Below, piece by piece: positions 54,367 to 64,000 of a DNA stretch of 64,000 nucleotides. The notes below the pieces were generated by a model. It made no database searches. It was not told the origin of the DNA and saw nothing but the letters and a program-made list of their open reading frames with translations. The DNA comes from an uncultured Chloroflexia bacterium (GTDB lineage: Bacteria > Chloroflexota > Anaerolineae > JAAYZQ01), in assembly GCA_963700285.1 (NCBI GenBank), contig CAVOXA010000014.1:32001-96000 (forward strand). Direction: 5' to 3'. Within the stretch, counting starts at the first letter, position 1. Each line of letters opens with the position of its first letter. The position numbers and the translations under genes are program-made.

Positions 54367-54532
54367 GGAGCCAGACAGCTTGGAAGCCTAGCGAGCACAC
54401 GGACAATACCTACGTCTGCCAAGCATTGTCTCTCCTTCCTTGACCCCGAAGGCACGGGGTCCAGGTCCACATCCGGACTTGGAGCGCCCGCTTTCGAGGT
54501 CTCTCTTTCACGGGCTCTGGCCTGCTGAAGAT

Positions 54533-54599
54533 TGGCCACTTGGCTAATCGCGAAATCCTCCATCTGGCCATTGCACCGATTGCCGTTCCATTGTATACT
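54533..54599 (+). promoter_or_regulatory. Activator-dependent promoter, shared motif copy B
   Basis: TGGCCACTTGGCTAAT..ATCCTCCATCTGGCCA-TTGCAC-17bp-TATACT. Confidence 0.65.
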
Positions 54600-54923
54600 G
54601 ACCCTGACCCATTGTGCATGGGTTGCCTGCCAGTGGCAGGCAACCCATTTTGTAGCAGGGCGTATAAGGAGTAAGAGGCACAAAAGCACGGTATGGAAAT
54701 GTCAGGTTGCCGGGAGAGTCAGGTCCTCCAGAGTTCCGGGGACTGTGGTATCATTCGTACGTGATTACGCGGTGGGACAGGCTCGACTGCGGGAAATGCC
54801 CTGCAGCCCATGTTTTGGCGGTCACATCGGTGATGGTTTTCGCCAGGTGTGAGGTGGTTTTAACTCGCATCGGTGGCTCTGCAAGATATCGGCGGGTGAA
54901 AACCATCTTCTGGGGAGGTACTG

Positions 54924-56093
54924 ATGGTTGGTCGGCTGTTCAAGCGCAAGGGATCCGGAAACGGGTCTTCCAACGGGCAGGAGCTGAATGAAAACAAACA
55001 CCTCATCGAGCTACATGGCGTGGACAAGCTCTATGAGACAGCGGCCGGGCCATTTCCCGCGCTGAAGAACATCGACCTGCAGGTAGATGGCGGCGAGTTC
55101 ATCGCCATCATTGGCAAGTCGGGCAGCGGCAAGTCCACGCTGGTGAACATGATCACGGGCATCGACCGGCCCAGCGCAGGCACGGTTGTGATCGGCGACA
55201 CGGCCGTCCACACCCTGAGTGAGGGCCAGTTGGCCCAGTGGCGCGGCCGCACGGTGGGCATCATCTTTCAGTTCTTCCAGTTACTGCCCACACTGACGGT
55301 CATCGAGAACATCATGCTGCCCATGGACTTTTGCCACATGTACTCACCCTGGGAGCGCAAGGACCGCGCCATGGATCTCCTGGAGCAGATCGAGATGGCT
55401 GACCAGGCCAACAAGCTGCCCTCGGCAGTTTCGGGTGGCCAGCAACAGCGCGCGGCCATCGCCCGAGCGCTGGCCAACGACCCGCCCATCCTGCTGGCCG
55501 ACGAGCCCACAGGTAACCTCGACTCCAAGACAGCGGAATCGGTCTTCCGCCTCTTTGAAAAGCAGGTGGAGGGGGGAAAGACCATCGTCATGGTGACCCA
55601 CGACAGAGACCTGGCCAAGCGAGCCTCGAGAACCATCATGCTCTCCGATGGGGAGATCATCGAACAGTTCCTGGTCAACGCCTTCCCTTCCATGTCAGAA
55701 CAGCAGCTCATCTACGCTACGCGCAATCTGGAGCGGGAAGAGTATTCTCCCGGGTCGATCATCCTGGAGGAAGGCTGCCCACCGGACAAGTTCTATCTGA
55801 TCACCAGGGGCCAGATCGAGGTTCTGGCCCAGGCAAGGGACGGCGACATGATGACCATCGCCCGCATGGGACGCGGCCAGTACTTTGGTGAGGTCGAGTT
55901 GCTGGCCGGTGGCACCAACATCGCCACCATCCGCGCCGCGCCTGACACCGGCGCCCGGCTGGTCTCGCTGGACCGCGAGACCTTTGCAGGCTTGATGGCC
56001 GAATCAGAGCCCACGCGAGAAGCGCTAGCCGAGGTCGCCAGCGTGCGCCGCGCGGAGAATCTCAACGGTAGAAACGGACTGGACCATGCTTAG
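54924..56093 (+). CDS. MacB/LolD-type ABC ATPase fused to a C-terminal cyclic-nucleotide-binding domain
   Basis: [31 protein letters not shown]; then [11 protein letters not shown]...[10 protein letters not shown]. Confidence 0.9.
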   Translation: MVGRLFKRKGSGNGSSNGQELNENKHLIELHGVDKLYETAAGPFPALKNIDLQVDGGEFIAIIGKSGSGKSTLVNMITGIDRPSAGTVVIGDTAVHTLSEGQLAQWRGRTVGIIFQFFQLLPTLTVIENIMLPMDFCHMYSPWERKDRAMDLLEQIEMADQANKLPSAVSGGQQQRAAIARALANDPPILLADEPTGNLDSKTAESVFRLFEKQVEGGKTIVMVTHDRDLAKRASRTIMLSDGEIIEQFLVNAFPSMSEQQLIYATRNLEREEYSPGSIILEEGCPPDKFYLITRGQIEVLAQARDGDMMTIARMGRGQYFGEVELLAGGTNIATIRAAPDTGARLVSLDRETFAGLMAESEPTREALAEVASVRRAENLNGRNGLDHA

Positions 56094-58549
56094 CCCGCGC
56101 TGGCGCAAAGTTGTACGCGACTTGTGGGGCAACAAGACCCGCACCCTGCTGGTCGTGCTCTCCATCGGGGTTGGCGTCTTTGCCGTGGGCATGGTGGCCA
56201 GTACGCAGGTCATCTTTGGCCGCGAGCTGAACTCGAGCTGGGCGGCGGTGAATCCGGCCAGCGCCTCTCTCTTCACCGGGCCCTTCGACGACGAGATGCT
56301 CTACACGGTACGCAACATGCCCGAGGTGCAGGAAGCTGACGCGCGGCGCAGCTTTACGGTGCGCTTCAAGGCCGGCCCTCTGGCGCTGCACCAAGAGACA
56401 CAGTCAGGCAATGGCAAAGCGCAGGACCAGCAGGCGCCAGCACAACCTGAACAGCCTTCGGATCGCTGGCGCAGCCTTGAGCTCTTGTCCTACCCCGACT
56501 ATGACGACATCCGCATCTACCATATCACGTCGGAACAGGGAGAGTTCCCTCCGCCGGAGCAGCAGGTACTCATCGAACGGGCATCCCTGGACTGGATGGG
56601 TGTCGACGTCGGCGATCTGATCACCGTCGAGGCGCCCAACGGCAGGTTGCGCGAGCTGCGCATCGCCGGCATCATCCACGACAGCACGAAAATGGCGGCA
56701 GCCTGGGTGGGCCAGGCAACCGGCTACATCCACCCCAACTCCCTGGACTGGTTCGGTGTATCGCACAACTTTGACGAACTGAATTTCATCGTCGCCCAGG
56801 GCCAGGACGACGAGGCAGCACATAAACGAGGTCGCCCAACTGGTCCGGGACAAGGTCGAGCGCAGCGGCAGGACCGTCTACTTTACCTGGGTCCCGACGC
56901 CGGGCAAGCACCCGGCCGACGAAGTTGTCCAGCCCATCACCCTGCTGATGGGCGCCATGGGCATGCTGTCGCTGTTGGTAAGCGGCTTTCTCGTATTCAA
57001 CACACTCCAGGCCCTGTTGACCCAACAGGTACGGCAGATCGGCATTATGAAGGCCATCGGAGGCAGGGTGAGCCAGATCATGGGTGTCTACTATGCCATG
57101 GTCCTGCTCTACGGGCTGGTAGCCCTGGTCATCGCTGTGCCCCTGGGCGCACTGGCCGGCCACGCCATGACCGCCTATATGGCTGGCTTTATCAATTTTG
57201 ACATCGCCAGCGCAGAGATCCCGCCCCAGGTGCTTGCCCTGGAGATCGCCGTTGGGCTGGTCGTACCGGCCCTGGCCGCGATCTATCCCATCCTTTCTGG
57301 CGTGCGCACCAGTGCGGCCAAGGCCATGAGCGACTATGGGCTGAGCAGCGTTGAGTTTGGACAGGGTAGGCTTGACCGGCTTTTGGAGCGGGTGCGGGGC
57401 CTTTCCCGCCCGATGCTGCTGTCGCTCCGAAACACCTTCCGCAGAAAGGGACGGCTGGCCCTCACGCTTACGACCCTGGTTCTGGGCGGGGCCATCTTTA
57501 TCGCAGTATTCAGCGTGCGGGCTTCGTTGCTCACTACCCTCGATAGTTGGTTCGACCTGATCGACTATGACGTCTATGTCACTTTCAACCGGGGTTATCG
57601 CATCGATCAGCTCGAACGCGAGGCGCTGGAGGTGCCTGGTGTCACCAAAGCCGAGGCATGGCGTTTCACCTCAGCACGTCGCAAGCGGCCTGATAGTACC
57701 GAGGGCGAAACGATGGGCATCCGCGCTCCCAAGATGGACAGCGATCTAATCGTGCCCACCCTGGTGGAAGGGCGTTGGCTGCTGCCCGAGGACGAAAACG
57801 CCATCGTCCTCAACACCTTCATGCTCAAAGATGAGCCCGACATCAAGCTCGGGGACGAGGTGGAACTCACCATCGAGGGTGAGGACAGCAAATGGCGCGT
57901 TGTGGGCATCATGAAAGGCATGCCCTTTCCCATGGGCTATGTGAACTTTGACTACTTTGGCAGGCTGGTAGGCGGCGTTGGCCGGGCCGGGGTGGTGTTC
58001 GTGCAAAGTGAGGGACACGACGCGGCGTACCAGGATCGCCTGGAAAAGGCCCTGGAGCAGCACTTTGAGGGCATCGGCCTCAATGTCAACTCGACCATGA
58101 CCAGTACCAGGGAAAGCGGCCAGATTGAAACCCAGTTCAACGTGCTCGTTGTCTTTTTGCTGATCATGGCCATCCTGCTGGCCGTTGTAGGCGGTATTGG
58201 CCTGATGGGGACCATGAGCCTGAACGTGCTGGAACGGATCCGCGAGATCGGCGTCATGCGCGCCATCGGCGCCTCTGATGGCGCGGTACTGCAGGTCGTC
58301 ATCGTTGAGGGTGTCCTCATCGGCCTGCTGAGCTGGCTCATCTCGATCCTGGTCGCCTGGCCTCTGAGCAAGGTCCTCAGCGACGCAGTCGGATTTTCGA
58401 TCCTGCAGGCCGAGCTGAACTATACCTTCTCAGTCGGTGGGACCGTGACCTGGTTCATCATCGCCTTTGTGCTGTCCGCGCTGGCAAGCTTCTGGCCGGC
58501 ACGCAACGCCTCCAGAGTAACGGTACGCGAGGTATTGGCGTACGAATAG
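56086..58549 (+). CDS. FtsX/MacB-like ABC permease (frameshift near 56820)
   Basis: [44 protein letters not shown]. Confidence 0.88.
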
Positions 58550-58673
58550 TGTACAAAACCTTTACGTAACGTGAACTACAGTCAGCACTGTGGAATTCGT
58601 CTAGAATAACACCAGCTTCTTCGAAAGAAAGCAAGTACATTGTCTCGCACTCGTGACATTTGGGAGGTAGAGG

Positions 58674-60143
58674 ATGAAGAAGGTTGTAATCGCCATCGTA
58701 ATCATCGCGATCGTGGCTGGGGTGGGTTACCTACTGTTCAGCCGCCTGGGCCCGGGAGCAGCCGCCGAAACGGCGACACCGGAGGCGGCCTCTGAGCAAC
58801 TGGCCCCGATCAAGGCCAGCAGCGAAGTGGTATCCGACGCCGTTGTCGTCCCGGCGCAGTACGCCAGGCTGAGCCTGCCCACAGGCGGCATTGTGGCTGA
58901 AATACCGGTGGCAGAAGGCGATACCGTCGCGGAGGGCGACTTGCTCCTGAGGCTCGATGCCGCCCGGCAGGCCGCGGCAGTTGCCCAGGCAGAGGCCGGC
59001 TTGCTGCGCGCCCAGAACGCGCTGGCCGAGATCCAGGCTGGCGCGCGCCCGGAAGAGATAGCAGCAGCCCAGGCAGCCGTTGACGCCGCTCAATCCCAGC
59101 TCACACGCCTCGAGGAGGGCGCCCGGCCGGAGGAGATTGCGGCCGCCCAGGCCGCGGTCGATGCTGCCCAGGCACAGTTCTCCCGCCTGGAGGAAGGCGC
59201 CCGGCCGGAGGAGATTCGAGCTGCCGAGGCTGCTCTCGACGGCGCCCAGGCCTCCCTGCAGAAGGTACTGGAAGGCCCCAACGAGGAAGAGCTGGTGGCC
59301 GCCCGGGCCGAACTGGCCAACGCCGAAGCCGCGGTGGCCCAAGCCCAGGCAGCCTACGACCCGGTGAAATACGACCCACAGATCCAGGCTCGGCCCGAGT
59401 CGCTGCGACTGGAGCAGGCGACTAACGCCTACGAAGCGGCCAGGGCACGCCTGGCAGCTATCCAGAGTCGGGCCACCGCAGCGGACGTCGCTGCGGCCAG
59501 GTCGGGCATCGACCAAGCCCAGGCACAGTTGGAGGCATTGAAGGCACCAGCTCGAGCGGCCGACATGGACAGCGTGCTGGCTGGCATCAACCAGGCCCAA
59601 GCACAGCTCGAAGCGATGCTGGCACCCGCCCGGGCGGCCGATGTGGCCGCCGCCCAGGCCGAGATCCGCCGCGCGCAGGCCCAACTTGAACTGCTGGAAG
59701 CTGGCGCCCGGCCTGAGACCATTGCCGGCGTCGAGGCTGAAGTGGCTGCGGCCGGGGCCGCGTTGGCCCAGGCACAGGCAGCCCTGGCCGACATGGACCT
59801 CAGGGCGCCCTTTGCCGGCTCGGTGGCATCCCTGGACGCGAAGGTGGGCGAGCAGGTGGGACCGGGATCGCCCATCGCCACCCTGGCCGACCTGTCGACC
59901 TGGCAGATCGAGACAGATGATCTGACAGAGCTGAACATTGTCCGCGTCAAGGAAGGCGACGCCGCCACCATCACCTTTGATGCCATCCCAGACCTGGAGC
60001 TGCCCGGGACCGTCATTCGCATCAAGGAAATCGGCGAGAACAAGATGGGCGACATCACCTACACCGTGATCATCCAGCCCGACGAGTACGATGATCGCTT
60101 GCGCTGGAACATGACCGCCACCGTCATCATCGAGCCAGAGTAG
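58674..60143 (+). CDS. HlyD-family efflux adaptor with an extended repeat-containing coiled coil
   Basis: N-terminal TM, GGIVAEIPVAEGDTV and LRAPFAG lipoyl halves, repeated 26-aa GARPEEIAAAQAAVDAAQ units. Confidence 0.88.
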   Translation: MKKVVIAIVIIAIVAGVGYLLFSRLGPGAAAETATPEAASEQLAPIKASSEVVSDAVVVPAQYARLSLPTGGIVAEIPVAEGDTVAEGDLLLRLDAARQAAAVAQAEAGLLRAQNALAEIQAGARPEEIAAAQAAVDAAQSQLTRLEEGARPEEIAAAQAAVDAAQAQFSRLEEGARPEEIRAAEAALDGAQASLQKVLEGPNEEELVAARAELANAEAAVAQAQAAYDPVKYDPQIQARPESLRLEQATNAYEAARARLAAIQSRATAADVAAARSGIDQAQAQLEALKAPARAADMDSVLAGINQAQAQLEAMLAPARAADVAAAQAEIRRAQAQLELLEAGARPETIAGVEAEVAAAGAALAQAQAALADMDLRAPFAGSVASLDAKVGEQVGPGSPIATLADLSTWQIETDDLTELNIVRVKEGDAATITFDAIPDLELPGTVIRIKEIGENKMGDITYTVIIQPDEYDDRLRWNMTATVIIEPE

Positions 60144-60161
60144 CAGCAGGGCAGAGAGACG

Positions 60162-60244
60162 GAGACTTGCTCGCCAGAACCTGCTCACGGGAACTGCCTG
60201 CCAGATCCTGCCCGCGGGAACCTGCTCACCGGAAAATGCTCACG
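60162..60244. repeat. Degenerate ~14-bp tandem repeat, about 6 copies (rGAACCTGCTCACs)
   Basis: gagacttgctcgcc/agaacctgctcacg/ggaactgcctgcc/agatcctgcccgcg/ggaacctgctcacc/ggaaaatgctcacg. Confidence 0.6.
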
Positions 60245-60434
60245 CTGGACCACAGTCCAGCGTACATGGCGCCAAGGCGTGGACTGTGTGGTCCACGCGC
60301 AGCAGACAGTAGGTGCAGTGGGGCTCTTTCGCAAAGGCGATAGCTACCCGAGTGCCAGGCTTTGTCACAACTTGAGCACCTTGGTAGCCCCAAAGCAGTA
60401 ACAGTAGAAAGCAGTGAGGGAAAGGGAGAACAGC

Positions 60435-61838
60435 ATGAGAAACAGTAGACAGACAGCCGCAGGGTTCGTTGCACTGACCCTGTGGATCCTGATAGGCATC
60501 GCGCTGCCACTGGCAGCGCTGGCCAGCGGGTCGGGCCCTGCCGACGCGCAGGCGCCATCCCCTGACTGGCAGGTCATCAAGCCGGGACAGGAACATTGGT
60601 ACGGCTTTTACTATCCCGGCGACGGTTCCCCCATCGAGATCAGGTTACAGACCGAGCCGCCCGAGGGCGCCAGCTTCGGCCTCTTTACTCCCGACGGAAT
60701 CCGCCGCTGGAGCGATGGTGACCCGCTCGAGCCGGTCGGACGCGGGTCTCCCCTCCGCTCCGGGAGTGCTACCCAGATTTGGACCGGCAGCTTCTACGAC
60801 GAGGGCGCGTACTTTGTCGTCGTCGAACACGAAGGTCAGAAGCAAGCCCCCAGCTACTACCTCTTGGAGATCGAGGGCGACGGGGTCTCCCTTTCCATTC
60901 CATCGCCATCCACGGAGGTCACACCTGCGCCCAAGACGTCAACGCCTGGCAAGGCAACCATCAGCAAACCGGCCGGCAAGCTCGTCTTCCAGACTTCCAT
61001 GGGCGGAGACATCTATACCATCAACGTCAACGGAACCGGCCTGCAGCGCTTGGCGGATGGCATGGATCCCACCTGGTCGCCCGACGGCAGCCAGATCGCC
61101 TTCAATCGCTGGAGCGAGCCCCGTGGAGTGTGGCTGACCAATGCCGACGGCTCGTCAAAACACCGCATCTTTGACTGGAGCGAGCCACGCTGGACCTCCT
61201 GGTCACCCGACGGGCAGGAGGTGCTGTTCAGCCGGGTCACCGGCGGCCGACAGGACCCGAGGGAGTTCTGCTTCCGCGGCTTTTGCTTCACCTTCCCCGC
61301 CCACCCGCACTGGGTCATGAGCGTGGTGCGGCTGGCCGACGGCTACTTTTACGAGCCCCGGCCACCCGAATCCCTGACCAGCCGCGCGCCTGATTGGTCC
61401 CCGATGGGCGATCAGGTCATCTTTGCCGACGTCGAAGGGCTGCGAATACAGACCCTGGACGGAGAGGTCTCCTATCTCATCACCCACGACACCCGGGATA
61501 CCAGCCCGGCCTGGTCGCCAGACGGGCAGCGTGTGGCCTTTGTCAGGCGCCAGCACGACCACTGGGAAATCTATGTCGTCGACGCCGACGGCCGCAACTT
61601 GAAGCGGCTGACCGTTGCCCCCAAGAGGCCCGATGGCTCAATCGCCGACAGTGCCTCGCCCGCCTGGTCGCCTGACGGCCAGCACCTCGCTTTCCTGACC
61701 GACAGGACTGGAAAGTGGGAAATGTGGGTCATGCGCGCCAATGGTAGCCACCCCAGGCCCATGTTCGCCAAAGCGCTGGATGGCGTCCCGCTGGAGTACA
61801 GCCACCTCGGCGAGCGGGCCATCTCCTGGACCCGTTAG
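60435..61838 (+). CDS. Secreted TolB-like PD40 beta-propeller protein
   Basis: Signal peptide; repeated P(T/A)WSPDG motifs. Confidence 0.85.
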   Translation: MRNSRQTAAGFVALTLWILIGIALPLAALASGSGPADAQAPSPDWQVIKPGQEHWYGFYYPGDGSPIEIRLQTEPPEGASFGLFTPDGIRRWSDGDPLEPVGRGSPLRSGSATQIWTGSFYDEGAYFVVVEHEGQKQAPSYYLLEIEGDGVSLSIPSPSTEVTPAPKTSTPGKATISKPAGKLVFQTSMGGDIYTINVNGTGLQRLADGMDPTWSPDGSQIAFNRWSEPRGVWLTNADGSSKHRIFDWSEPRWTSWSPDGQEVLFSRVTGGRQDPREFCFRGFCFTFPAHPHWVMSVVRLADGYFYEPRPPESLTSRAPDWSPMGDQVIFADVEGLRIQTLDGEVSYLITHDTRDTSPAWSPDGQRVAFVRRQHDHWEIYVVDADGRNLKRLTVAPKRPDGSIADSASPAWSPDGQHLAFLTDRTGKWEMWVMRANGSHPRPMFAKALDGVPLEYSHLGERAISWTR

Positions 61839-61871
61839 GGTCCGCCCGGATAGGGATCCACCGCTAGTTCG

Positions 61872-61908
61872 AGACGCCCCAGTGGTATGCCACTGGGGCG
61901 TCTTTCTG
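61872..61908 (+). terminator. Rho-independent terminator
   Basis: AGACGCCCCAGTGG-TATG-CCACTGGGGCGTCT followed by TTCT. Confidence 0.75.
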
Positions 61909-62036
61909 TACAAGCAGCCAATTTCAATAGCGTATCTTGTCAGGAACACAGTTGCGCACGAGGAGTGGATCCCCGCCATAGTCTACCCACGCGACGACGG
62001 GGGCAGGAATGACGGGCAGCGTGAGGGCAATGGTGT

Positions 62037-62060
62037 GTCATGCCCGCGAAGGCGGGCATC
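62037..62060. repeat. GTCA-type REP-like palindrome
   Basis: GTCATGCCCGCGAAGGCGGGCATC, with nearby GAATGAC/AAATGAC ends. Confidence 0.5.
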
Positions 62061-62206
62061 ATTTCCGGCAAAAATGACAGCTGCGACTGCCAATCCGATT
62101 GCCCTGGCCTGTCTGACCGCCGACATTGACAAACAAGGCTGACAGAGGGTAGAATGGAACGGCATTTCGGTTTTTTTCTGTCGGGGTCGAGAAAGGAGCA
62201 GACCGC

Positions 62207-62923
62207 ATGAGCGCTGCCAACCCAATCCGCGTCATGATCGTCGACGACCATGGGATGGTTCGCCGGGGTTTGGGCACCATCCTCAAAGTCAGGGCCGACC
62301 TGGAACTCGTGAGCGAGGCCAGCAGCGGCGCCGAGGCGCTGGCCCTGTGCCAGCAATCCCAGCCCGACGTAATTCTCATGGATCTGGTGATGCCCGAGAT
62401 GGGAGGAGCAGAGGCCACCCGCCTTATCCGCGAGCAGTCCCCCGATACCCAGGTCATCGCCTTGACCAGTTTTCAGGAGAAAGAACTGGTCCGCGAGGCG
62501 CTCCAGGCCGGCGCCATCGGCTATCTGCTCAAGAATGTCTCGGCTGAAGACCTGGCCGCCGCCATCCGCGAGGCACACGCCGGTCGCTCCACCCTGGCTC
62601 CCGAGGCCATCCAGGCGCTGATACAGGCCGAACCCCAGGGCGCCGTCCAGGCCCGCGATCTTGCCGAAGCCTACGGACTGACACCCCGCGAGCGTGAGGT
62701 CCTGGCCCTGGTGGTTGAGGGCCTCAACAACCCAGAGATTGCCGAGCGCCTGGTAGTAAGTCGCTCCACGGCCAAGGCCCACGTCAGCAACATCCTATCC
62801 AAGCTGGGCGTTTCCAACCGCGCCGAAGCCATCGCCATCGCCCTGCAGCACAACCAACCAGCTGGCGCACCAGTCACGGGCAGGGCAGGGCCTGGGACAC
62901 ACACCTCCATGGATCACTACTAA
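62207..62923 (+). CDS. NarL/LuxR-family DNA-binding response regulator
   Basis: [27 protein letters not shown]...HVSNILSKL; TTGACA-18-TAGAAT at 62126-62155. Confidence 0.93.
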   Translation: MSAANPIRVMIVDDHGMVRRGLGTILKVRADLELVSEASSGAEALALCQQSQPDVILMDLVMPEMGGAEATRLIREQSPDTQVIALTSFQEKELVREALQAGAIGYLLKNVSAEDLAAAIREAHAGRSTLAPEAIQALIQAEPQGAVQARDLAEAYGLTPREREVLALVVEGLNNPEIAERLVVSRSTAKAHVSNILSKLGVSNRAEAIAIALQHNQPAGAPVTGRAGPGTHTSMDHY

Positions 62924-62926
62924 GAC

Positions 62927-62992
62927 TGGCCACTAGGCCAATCTTTAATCCCCCAGATGGCCGATGCATCCGCGGGATTTCTGCGCTATACT
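62927..62992 (+). promoter_or_regulatory. Activator-dependent promoter, shared motif copy C
   Basis: TGGCCACTAGGCCAAT..ATCCCCCAGATGGCCG-ATGCAT-17bp-TATACT. Confidence 0.65.
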
Positions 62993-63018
62993 GGCACCAA
63001 GACTTAATCGAGGTGCTT

Positions 63019-63414
63019 ATGCGCATTCTTCTCGCCGATGATCAGAAAAAGGTACGTTTTGCACTGCGCGTGCTGCTGGAACAGCAGCCGGGCATGGAGG
63101 TCGTGGGTGAAGCCGTGGATGTTCAAGGGCTTCTTGCCCAGATCGAGGCAAGCTCGCCCGACATAGTTCTTGTTGACTGGACGCTGCCCGGCCACACCGG
63201 CGGGCAGCTTTTGCAGTCGCTGCGCGAGGCGGATCCCGAACTGGCCATCATCGCCCTCAGTCCTCGCCTGGAAGCCCGAAAGTCGGCCCTCGATGCCGGC
63301 GCCAGCGCCTTTGTCTGCAAGTGTGATGCGCCAGACCGCCTCCTCTCTGCCATCGCCGGCCTAGAGACCGTACAGTGCCAGGGGCAGGCATCCGCAGAAT
63401 GCCCTTCCCAGTAG
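63019..63414 (+). CDS. Single-domain response regulator (receiver only)
   Basis: MRILLADD, VLVDWTLP, AFVCK. Confidence 0.88.
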   Translation: MRILLADDQKKVRFALRVLLEQQPGMEVVGEAVDVQGLLAQIEASSPDIVLVDWTLPGHTGGQLLQSLREADPELAIIALSPRLEARKSALDAGASAFVCKCDAPDRLLSAIAGLETVQCQGQASAECPSQ

Positions 63415-63464
63415 GGTTGTAGGCTGCCTGCACAAGTTTTCGCGAACCACTCGTTGTCCTGAGA

Positions 63465-63500
63465 AAGACCGGTCCAGTTTCGGAAAATTGGACCGGTCTT
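63465..63500. terminator. Strong intergenic hairpin
   Basis: AAGACCGGTCCAGTTT-CGGA-AAATTGGACCGGTCTT. Confidence 0.55.
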
Positions 63501-63740
63501 GTGCGACACAGAAGTCAGCTTGGCAGCCACCTGGCCCAATGTGACGCAGGTCAGGAGAATTCACCGAATCCTTGGGTCCCCTTTTTCCCGTGGTCTATCT
63601 CGCACAGAAGACGACAACAGCGTACAAGATCCAAACGAGGTCAGGTGTCGATATGTTCGTAATCAAACACAGAAGAGTTGACAAACGTACAAATCTGTGT
63701 CATAATGAGCTACCTTTCACAACTGGCAGCGAGGAGAGGC

Positions 63741-64000
63741 ATGAATAACGTCACTGTCGACCTCAAAGGAAAAGTCACCTTTATCACCGGCGCCGGGAGC
63801 GGTATCGGTCGTGGTCTAGCCCTACAGTTCGCCAGGGACGGCTCGGCAGTTGCCGTAACGGATCTGGACGGCGATGCGGCCGCTGCCGTCGCGACCGAGA
63901 TCCAGGCGGCGGGGGGCAAGAGCCTATCCCTCCCTGTGGACGTTGCAGACCACCAGGCAGTCGAATCTGCTTTGGACCAAACCCTCTCTTGTTTTGGCCA
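63741..64000 (+). CDS. SDR family oxidoreductase, 3'-truncated by window edge
   Basis: GAGGAG RBS; DLKGKVTFITGAGSGIGRG; TTGACA-17-CATAAT at 63678-63706. Confidence 0.85.
   Translation, partial: MNNVTVDLKGKVTFITGAGSGIGRGLALQFARDGSAVAVTDLDGDAAAAVATEIQAAGGKSLSLPVDVADHQAVESALDQTLSCFG

Noticed and set aside
58731-60188. Long antisense or alternate-frame ORFs (e.g. 58731-60188, 46456-47670, 36495-37937, 12964-13992)
   Set aside because: Shadow ORFs typical of high-GC coding DNA, overlapping well-supported genes

Overview
High-GC bacterial chromosomal window. Gene families, REP-like repeats and a GAAC-N4-GTTC SOS box suggest Chloroflexota, probably Anaerolineae-like (inference). Many genes carry 1-bp indel frameshifts, concentrated at ~25.2-29.3 kb and ~34-51 kb, which looks like long-read or low-coverage error. 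Layout: 3' part of a very large hypothetical protein (1-3 kb); amino-acid/amine, DNA-repair and amino-sugar genes (3-19 kb), interrupted by a 3x168-bp REP mosaic; mscL; a compact minus-strand operon of LexA-type HTH, Cys-rich protein, motor-only FtsK ATPase and two small proteins, behind a canonical sigma70 promoter with an SOS box (20.9-23.7 kb); a MoaD/ThiS gene plus a 2-oxoacid/acetoin dehydrogenase-type E2-E1a-E1b-E3 cluster; MFS, TetR and an RdhA/QueG-like Fe-S protein; a ~19-kb minus-strand MalT-like regulator/sulfatase island with a truncated sulfatase maturase; and a MacB-type ABC exporter with a cNMP-domain fusion, a HlyD adaptor, a TolB-like protein and response regulators. Three promoters in this last block share one motif. 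The best candidate for an undescribed system is the SOS-box-controlled FtsK operon, possibly a DNA-damage-inducible DNA translocation or exchange module. No rRNA, tRNA, CRISPR array, integrase or transposase was found.
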